Position numbers and translations under genes: made by a program
Part shown: positions 57,689 to 64,000 of the stretch, piece after piece
Numbering within the stretch: position 1 is the stretch's first letter
How the letters are laid out: every line of letters begins with the position of its first letter
Assembly (NCBI GenBank): GCA_963662665.2
Contig: CAXXJS010000040.1
Span: 128,001-192,000, forward strand
DNA from: Candidatus Latescibacterota bacterium
GTDB taxonomy: Bacteria > Latescibacterota > UBA2968 > GCA-2709665
Direction of reading: 5' to 3'
DNA length: 64,000 bases
Notes under the pieces: generated by a model
What the model saw: only the letters and a program-made list of their open reading frames with translations
What the model was told of the DNA's origin: nothing
The model's database searches: none

Positions 57689-60133
57689 ATGGAGATTGGG
57701 ATGAACCGGACCACTGAAGCGTCCGAATTCCGCATGCCGCCGGGCGAGATCGCGACGATTCTGGATGCGCCAGCCACGCCGGACATCAGCGTCGACCCCA
57801 AAGGGCGGTGGATACTCGTTCTCGCGAAACCGAGCCTACCCCCCATCTCGGAATTGGCCCGACCGGAGTTGCGCCTGGCGGGCCTGCGCATCGATCCTGG
57901 CGCCAACGGGCTCAGCCGGTCGGGTTACTATACGGGACTGACGCTATTGCGGATTGCCGACGGATTGCAGCGCCCGGTGACGGGTCTGCCGAAAGACGGA
58001 CGCATCGGGTCGCCGCAATGGGCGCCGGACGGGCGCCGTCTTGCTTTTACCGTTCGTGACGGATCGGGGATCAGGCTGTGGTGGGCCGGCGTGGACTCAG
58101 GTGAGGCGCGGCAGGTGTCCGATATCCGATTGAACGGCATCTTCGGCGCGCCGTTCGCCTGGATTCCGTCCGGACCGGACCGCATCCCTTCGCTGATCGT
58201 CCGGGCGGTTCCGGATGAACGGGGTGAAGTCCCCCGGGCGCCCCGGGTTCCACGGGGTCCCGAGATCCGGGAAAATACGGGCCAACCGGCGCCGTCGCGA
58301 ACCTATCAGGACCTGTTGCAGGGAGCGCACGACGAAACGCTATTCAAATACTATGCGACCTCCAGGCTGGTTGTGATTGCATTGGGTGGAAGTGAGCGGG
58401 ACGTGGGCGCCCCGGGAATTATCCGCCGGGCGGAGCCGGCGCCGGGAGGCGCCCATCTGCTGGTGGAGACCCTCCACCGGCCATATTCGTACCTGGTGCC
58501 GCACTATAGGTTTCCGGTTCGGGTTGAAGTATGGAATATGGACGGCCGGTTGATTCGCGAACTGGTGGATGCGCCCCTGGCGGAAAATGTACCCATCGCG
58601 TTCGATGCCGTACCCGAGGGACCGCGCTCGTTCGGTTGGCGTAACGACGCGGAGGCGACGGTGTGCTGGGTGGAGGCGCAGGATGGCGGCGACCCGGCCG
58701 TACAGACGGACGTGCGGGATCGCGTGTACGCGCTATCCGAACCCTTCGATCGCGCACCCGCGTTGTTACAGTCTCTCGAGATGCGGTACGCCGGATTGAC
58801 GTGGGGCGACGGCGCGATGGCGCTGGTGACCGAACGCTGGTGGCAGACACGCCGGACCAGGACCTGGCGGTTTGCCCCGGACGCGGTATCCGATGACCGC
58901 AAACTGCTTGTCGACCGGTCGTGGGAAGACCGGTACGGCGATCCGGGAACGCCGCTGCTGACGTCAAATCCCGCGGGGCGGCGGGTGTTGCTGACGGGTG
59001 GCGGCGGCAGGCATCTTTTCCTGGCGGGCGGCGGGGCATCTCCGGAGGGGGATTTCCCGTTCCTGGACAGGCTCGACCTGAATACGAAATCGACGGAGCG
59101 GATCTGGCAGTGCGAACCGCCGTACTATGAACAACCCGTCAGCCTGAATACGAAATCGACGGAGCGGATCTGGCAGTGCGAACCGCCGTACTATGAACAA
59201 CCCGTCAGATTGATCGATAAGGCCGATGGCGTGCTGTTGACGTTGCGCGAATCGGCCCAGAGCCCGCCAAACGTGTTCTTGAGGGCGCTCAAGACCGGAG
59301 ACATCCGGCAACTGACCGCACTTCCCCACCCGGCGCCGCAACTGTCGAAAGTGCGAAAGGAAATCATCCGGTACCGGCGGGCAGACGGGGTTGGCCTGAA
59401 CGGCACCCTTTATCTGCCTCCGGGGTATTCCGAGGAGCAGGGTCCGCTGCCCTTGCTGATGTGGGCGTACCCTCGCGAGTTCAGGAGCGCCGATGCCGCC
59501 GCGCAAGTCACCGGCTCTCCGCATCGATTTACACGCGTGACCTGGACAACGCCCCTGCCCTGGTTGACGCAGGGATATGCGGTCCTGGACGGACCCACGA
59601 TGCCAGTTGTGGGAGTAGACGGCGCGGAAGCCAACGATTCGTACATAACGCAGCTCGTATCCAGCGCCGAGGCGGCGGTGGAGGAAGTCGTGCGCCGGGG
59701 GATTGCGGACCGGAAACGCATTGCGATCGGAGGACATTCCTATCGCGGTTTTATGACGGCAAACCTCCTGGCGCATTGCAATCTGTTTGCGGCGGGCATC
59801 GCCAGGAGCGGCGCATACAACCGTACCCTGACGCCTTTCGGATTCCAATCGGAGGAACGCACGTTCTGGCAGGCGCCGGAGGTCTATTTTGCGATGTCCT
59901 CATTCATGCACGCCGACAAAATCAAGTCGCCGTTGCTGTTGATTCACGGCCAGGCCGACAACAATTCCGGAACGTTTCCCATGCAGAGCGAGCGGCTATA
60001 CAACGCACTCAAGGGTCACGGCGCGACAACCAGACTCGTGATGCTTCCCCACGAGAGCCACGGCTATAGCGCGCGTGAATCGGTCATGCATGTGTTCTGG
60101 GAAATGACGGAATGGCTGGCACGCCACCTGTGA
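57689..60133 (+). CDS. S9 (prolyl oligopeptidase-family) peptidase with an atypical nucleophile elbow and an internal duplication
   Basis: WAYPREF, GGHSYRGFM, ARSGAYNRTLTPFGFQ, DNNSG and ESHGY motifs. Confidence 0.88.
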   Translation: MEIGMNRTTEASEFRMPPGEIATILDAPATPDISVDPKGRWILVLAKPSLPPISELARPELRLAGLRIDPGANGLSRSGYYTGLTLLRIADGLQRPVTGLPKDGRIGSPQWAPDGRRLAFTVRDGSGIRLWWAGVDSGEARQVSDIRLNGIFGAPFAWIPSGPDRIPSLIVRAVPDERGEVPRAPRVPRGPEIRENTGQPAPSRTYQDLLQGAHDETLFKYYATSRLVVIALGGSERDVGAPGIIRRAEPAPGGAHLLVETLHRPYSYLVPHYRFPVRVEVWNMDGRLIRELVDAPLAENVPIAFDAVPEGPRSFGWRNDAEATVCWVEAQDGGDPAVQTDVRDRVYALSEPFDRAPALLQSLEMRYAGLTWGDGAMALVTERWWQTRRTRTWRFAPDAVSDDRKLLVDRSWEDRYGDPGTPLLTSNPAGRRVLLTGGGGRHLFLAGGGASPEGDFPFLDRLDLNTKSTERIWQCEPPYYEQPVSLNTKSTERIWQCEPPYYEQPVRLIDKADGVLLTLRESAQSPPNVFLRALKTGDIRQLTALPHPAPQLSKVRKEIIRYRRADGVGLNGTLYLPPGYSEEQGPLPLLMWAYPREFRSADAAAQVTGSPHRFTRVTWTTPLPWLTQGYAVLDGPTMPVVGVDGAEANDSYITQLVSSAEAAVEEVVRRGIADRKRIAIGGHSYRGFMTANLLAHCNLFAAGIARSGAYNRTLTPFGFQSEERTFWQAPEVYFAMSSFMHADKIKSPLLLIHGQADNNSGTFPMQSERLYNALKGHGATTRLVMLPHESHGYSARESVMHVFWEMTEWLARHL
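59077..59208. repeat. Perfect 66-bp tandem duplication (in frame)
   Basis: 59077-59142 equals 59143-59208; LNTKSTERIWQCEPPYYEQPV occurs twice. Confidence 0.95.
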
Positions 60134-60161
60134 GTGACCACGAGAGCACCTCGATGGAGGG

Positions 60162-61592
60162 TTGACGGGAATGGCAAGAAATGCGCGGACGGCGAAGGGA
60201 TCTTCGAATCAGGACCCGGCGCGGGTCATCCGGGAACTCCGGTCGTTACTCGGCGACAGAATAAGGACGGACGCGGATACCCGGGAAACCCACGCGGGGG
60301 ACGCTTCGTACCATAGGCCCATGTTGCCCGATGTCGTGGTCTTCCCCGCGTCCAACGAGGAAGTGTCGAGGATTGTGAAACTCTGTGCACGGTATCGGAC
60401 GCCGGTGGTGCCGTACGGGACCGGAACCGCCGTGGAAGGCGGCATCGTCGCAGTACGGGGCGGCGTCTGCATCGATCTGAGCCGTATGAGACGTATCTTG
60501 AGGATTGGCAAAGCCGACCTGGACGCAACGGTAGAGGCCGGCGTCACCAGAAAACAGCTTAACCGGCATTTGGCTGATACGAAAACAGGCCTGTACTTCC
60601 CCGTGGATCCCGGTGCGGATGCCTCGCTCGGCGGCATGGCGGCAACACGGGCGTCAGGAAGTTCCGCGGTGGGCTACGGAACGATGCGGGAGAACGTTCT
60701 GGGACTGACGGTCATACTGGCAGACGGGCGTGTCATCCACGCTGGCGGACGCGCGAGGAAATCGTCGGCGGGTTACGATCTTGCGCATTTGTTCGTCGGA
60801 TCGGAAGGCACTCTTGGTGTCATAACGGAAGTAACTCTGAAACTGTCGAAGGTACCTGCGGCCGTGTCTGCGGCGGTTTGTGCGTTTCCGGACATTTCGA
60901 CGGCTGTGAATGTCGTAATTGAAATCATGTCGGCAGGGATATCCATGGCCCGGATCGAGCTTCTTGACGAGATTCAGATGGGTGCGATCAATGCCTATTC
61001 AGCCTTTGATTACCGGGCGTCGCCAACCCTGTTTTTCGAGTTTCACGGATCCGAGACGTCCGTTGAAGAGCGCGTGGCGGCGGTCAGGCGGATTGCCGGA
61101 AAGAATGGCAGTGAAGATATCCGATGGGCGACCGGCCAGAAGGAACGCGACCGGCTTTGGCAGGCGCGGTACGACGCCTATTACGCGTCGCGGACCATGC
61201 GGCCGGGCTCGGTGGGATACGTAACGGATGTGTGTGTTCCGGTTTCAAGGCTTGCGGATTGTATCCTGAGAACCAAAGAAGAATTGAAGTCTACGGACCT
61301 GATCGCGCCCTTGTTCGGTCATGTTGGCGACGGGAATTTCCACGTTGTTTTCCTGATTGATCCGAATCGCCCCGAAGAGCTTGCCGAGGCGCGGCAATTC
61401 GGCGAGCGGATTGTAAACCTGGCCCTGGAGATGGGAGGAACGTGTACGGGTGAACACGGGATCGGAATGGGCAAACTGGCGGCGCTGGAGCATGAACACG
61501 GCGAAGGGGTAGAGGTCATGCGTGCAATCAAGGTAGCGCTGGACCCGTACGATATCATGAATCCGGGAAAGGTCGTGGAGACACAAACTTGA
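60162..61592 (+). CDS. FAD-linked oxidase, D-lactate dehydrogenase/GlcD family
   Basis: PVDPGA, GSEGTLG, GHVGDGNFH, GEHGIG and MNPGK motifs. Confidence 0.9.
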   Translation: MTGMARNARTAKGSSNQDPARVIRELRSLLGDRIRTDADTRETHAGDASYHRPMLPDVVVFPASNEEVSRIVKLCARYRTPVVPYGTGTAVEGGIVAVRGGVCIDLSRMRRILRIGKADLDATVEAGVTRKQLNRHLADTKTGLYFPVDPGADASLGGMAATRASGSSAVGYGTMRENVLGLTVILADGRVIHAGGRARKSSAGYDLAHLFVGSEGTLGVITEVTLKLSKVPAAVSAAVCAFPDISTAVNVVIEIMSAGISMARIELLDEIQMGAINAYSAFDYRASPTLFFEFHGSETSVEERVAAVRRIAGKNGSEDIRWATGQKERDRLWQARYDAYYASRTMRPGSVGYVTDVCVPVSRLADCILRTKEELKSTDLIAPLFGHVGDGNFHVVFLIDPNRPEELAEARQFGERIVNLALEMGGTCTGEHGIGMGKLAALEHEHGEGVEVMRAIKVALDPYDIMNPGKVVETQT

Positions 61593-61614
61593 AGTAGACC
61601 GGAAGAGAATCTGA

Positions 61615-61695
61615 AGAATTAAATATTTATTCTTGACATTTGGATATTATTCGTGTATTTTGGAATAATATCCTATTTTTTTTGGAATAAATCCC
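61615..61695 (+). promoter_or_regulatory. arg operon promoter with ARG-box-like operators
   Basis: TTGACA-N17-TATTTT. Perfect inverted repeat GGATATTATTC / GAATAATATCC; AT-rich island. Confidence 0.7.
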
Positions 61696-61696
61696 C

Positions 61697-62161
61697 ATGG
61701 GCACAAAACAGAAACGACAACGGCGGATTCTCGACTTCATCGCAGCCGGTGAAATTGGGACCCAAAAGGCGTTAAGCGACGCGCTGCGCGCAGCGGGAAT
61801 ATCGGCCACACAGTCCACGCTCTCGAAGGATTTAAGGCAACTTGGCATTGTAAAGTCACCGGACGGCGCCGGTGGTTTTCGCTATCAGGCGCCGGTCGTA
61901 GAGGCCCAACCGTATGCCGGTCGGCCGGATCTGCTTGCACGGGAGCTGAGAGATTTCGTCGTCGAATTCGGCGGGGCCGGGCATACGCTCGTACTGAAAA
62001 CGATTACCGGACACGCGCAGGGCGTGTGCGAAGCTATCGACCGGGCGGGATGGACCGAGGTTGTGGGTACGATTGCGGGAGAAAATACGATATTCATCCT
62101 GTGCCAATCCGTGGTAAAACGAGAACTGCTGAAGGAGCGGATTCTTGAAATTTCCCAATGA
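61697..62161 (+). CDS. argR: Arginine repressor
   Basis: TQ..L...L, TQSTLSKDL.QLG.VK and VGTIAGENT motifs; heads the arg operon. Confidence 0.9.
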   Translation: MGTKQKRQRRILDFIAAGEIGTQKALSDALRAAGISATQSTLSKDLRQLGIVKSPDGAGGFRYQAPVVEAQPYAGRPDLLARELRDFVVEFGGAGHTLVLKTITGHAQGVCEAIDRAGWTEVVGTIAGENTIFILCQSVVKRELLKERILEISQ

Positions 62162-62281
62162 TCGGGCCGGGACAGTCAGTCGCTTGGCAGGCGATGCGGC
62201 AATCCGGAGTACAGCAAGGTCGAAAGGACCGCGAGCGAAGCACGGAGCGCGGCCTCGGCCCCCCGTTTCGGAACCTCCTAA

Positions 62282-62604
62282 CAGTCCGTTGGAAAAGTCG
62301 CTCTGCAGGCGAGGCATGGTGTCCCGTCGCGGAAATATGTCACCATTCATCCGCCGATTCATCCCGTCTGGCGGCGTTGCCTTCACTCGGTGACCTTGTG
62401 CAGGTCGCCTCGCTCAGGCGTCTTGCCAGCCGGCCGACTCGGCGGTCGAATTTCGGCAATCTATTTCCGCGACAGAACACTGCCATTGTGGTCGAAGACA
62501 AGGCGCGCGACCGCGTCGAATCGGGGGATTCGGGAAGGGAGCGCAACGCAGGTGTTCGGCCACAAGGGCCGGACGCAGCCCGGATGGACTGTTTCAACGG
62601 GCTG
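62282..62604. mobile_element. Non-autonomous IS5-like MITE (323 bp) with CTAA target duplication
   Basis: TIRs CAGTCCGTTGGAAAAGTC / GACTGTTTCAACGGGCTG (15/18 match). CTAA at 62278-62281 and 62605-62608. Confidence 0.75.
62317..62482 (-). mobile_element. Inner structured MITE-like element (copy B) nested in the IS5-like MITE
   Basis: TIRs TGGTGTCCCGTCGCGGAAATA / TATTTCCGCGACAGAACACTG; homologous to 50280-50416. Confidence 0.75.
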
Positions 62605-62644
62605 CTAAGCAAGAGGGCATACCCGGACCCGTGGGAGGATTCGC

Positions 62645-63592
62645 GTGGTTTTGAACGTTGGCATTTACGGCGATACCGGGATGGTCGGCCAGGAGATAGA
62701 ACGGGTACTGGCGCATCACGATAGGGCTGAGATCGAATTCCGGCAGAATTCCAGGCGCCGCCAGGGCGTCCTGAACGAGTGTGACGTGGTTTTTCTGGCC
62801 ACCAGAGACCCTGAGTCAATGCAGTTCGCGCCGCAGGCGCTGGACGCAGGCGCGAGAGTCATCGATATGAGCGGCGCTTTCCGGTTGCCGAGGCGGCTGT
62901 TCGAAGCCGGCTATGGGCTGGACCACCTGGCGCCGGAGTATCTTGAAGAGGCGGTTTACGGAATGCCCGCGCTGTTTGCCAGTCGGATTGCCGATGCGCG
63001 GCTGGTCGGTAATCCGGGTTGCTATCCAACCGGCGTTATTCTGGCGCTGAATCCATTGAGGGGCATGGTCCAGGGTGAAGCAACGGTCGTGGCGACGTCG
63101 GGGAATTCGGGCGCCCGCAGGGAGGTGGAAGAGGAGCCCGACGAGGTCACCTACAGTTACGGCCGGCGGCACAAACACGTGCCGGAGATGGAGTTTTATT
63201 CCGGTTTTCGGGTGAACTTCACGCCCATCGTTCTGCGCTCCGTATTCGCGGGCATCAATGCCAACATACGAATCGAACTGGCCGACAGCTTTAAAGCGCT
63301 GCCTGCGCATGAAGCCGGCAGCCAGCTGGTCGAGGCGATCGGGCATGCGTATACCAACGAGGACCTTGTCTGTCCGGTGGAGGACAGAGAAGACAAACAG
63401 TGGGGTACGCGCGACGTGGTGGGGACGCACAAGCTGGCGATCAAGGTGGGCGTGGACGAGGGGTTCGCCTATATCTGCGCCATGGAAGACAATCTGGGCA
63501 AGGGCGCGGCCAGCCAGGCGGTGGAGAACATGAACCTGATGTTCGGACTGCCCAGACTCTACGGAATTGACGGCGTTTACAGTACGGGTTGA
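62645..63592 (+). CDS. argC: N-acetyl-gamma-glutamyl-phosphate reductase
   Basis: GDTGMVG, IDMSGAFR, NPGCYPT (catalytic Cys), HKHVPE and DNLGKGAA motifs. Confidence 0.93.
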   Translation: MVLNVGIYGDTGMVGQEIERVLAHHDRAEIEFRQNSRRRQGVLNECDVVFLATRDPESMQFAPQALDAGARVIDMSGAFRLPRRLFEAGYGLDHLAPEYLEEAVYGMPALFASRIADARLVGNPGCYPTGVILALNPLRGMVQGEATVVATSGNSGARREVEEEPDEVTYSYGRRHKHVPEMEFYSGFRVNFTPIVLRSVFAGINANIRIELADSFKALPAHEAGSQLVEAIGHAYTNEDLVCPVEDREDKQWGTRDVVGTHKLAIKVGVDEGFAYICAMEDNLGKGAASQAVENMNLMFGLPRLYGIDGVYSTG

Positions 63593-63645
63593 ACCGCCGG
63601 CCGATACGTACGGCCCGAAGGCGCCTGGTAACGCGGGAATTTGCG

Positions 63646-64000
63646 ATGGAGCAATTCATTCAGAAAGCCGCCACGCTGGTGGAGGCGTTTCCGTACATCC
63701 GCTCGTTTCGGGACAAGATCGTCGTTGTGAAATACGGGGGCAGTACACAGCCTGACGACGGCGGATCCGATACGATCCTCGCGGATTTGGTCTTCATGGA
63801 AACGGTGGGAATGAGGCCGGTGGTCGTGCATGGCGGCGGCAGGGAAATCAGCAGACGCCTGCAGGAAGCCGGGTTGGAGTCGAAGTGGATAAACGGGCTG
63901 CGAGTTACAGACGCCAAATCGATGCAGGTGGTTGAAGACACGCTGTTCGGGCTGGTGAACAGACGAATTGTCGAGGGAATCCGGGCGCTGGACGGTTGCG
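63646..64000 (+). CDS. argB: Acetylglutamate kinase (truncated by window end)
   Basis: LVEAFPYI..FRDKIVVVKYGG, VVVHGGG and GLRVTD motifs. Confidence 0.92.
   Translation, partial: MEQFIQKAATLVEAFPYIRSFRDKIVVVKYGGSTQPDDGGSDTILADLVFMETVGMRPVVVHGGGREISRRLQEAGLESKWINGLRVTDAKSMQVVEDTLFGLVNRRIVEGIRALDGC

Noticed and set aside
62158-62724. 188-aa ORF overlapping the argR stop
   Set aside because: It runs through the nested MITEs, has no recognisable domain and overlaps argC out of frame.

Overview
GC-rich bacterial chromosomal window, mostly metabolic genes. It opens with a complete IS21-family element (istA/istB, 5-bp target duplication CGAGC) splitting a class-V aminotransferase gene. Then come an AAA+/DUF4143 ATPase, a TolC-MFP-RND efflux operon, PhyH-family dioxygenases (one frameshifted), an M16 protease, amino-sugar enzymes, an E. 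coli-type frdABCD operon with fumC and a LysR regulator, nucleotide-sugar genes, meaB with a stand-alone B12-binding subunit, and an ABC exporter. A small islet downstream of tRNA-Leu holds a toxin-antitoxin pair and a second AAA+/DUF4143 gene. The rest is an nfeD-nfeD'-floA-yqfB-like operon, tRNA-Met, a catabolic cluster (heparinase II/III-like lyase and others) and the argR-argC-argB operon. The most notable unexplained signals are: (1) both AAA+/DUF4143 genes carry phased palindromic operator-like arrays over promoter and start codon and both are bracketed by direct repeats, and an orphan copy of the first promoter/array faces the efflux operon; (2) a family of nested, structured MITE-like elements, with a compensatory base change between two copies; (3) a candidate ECF-sigma-driven small RNA with an anti-SD motif; (4) a secreted protein with two protease domains that both lack catalytic residues. 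All calls come from reading the sequence and motifs by eye; no database searches were run.
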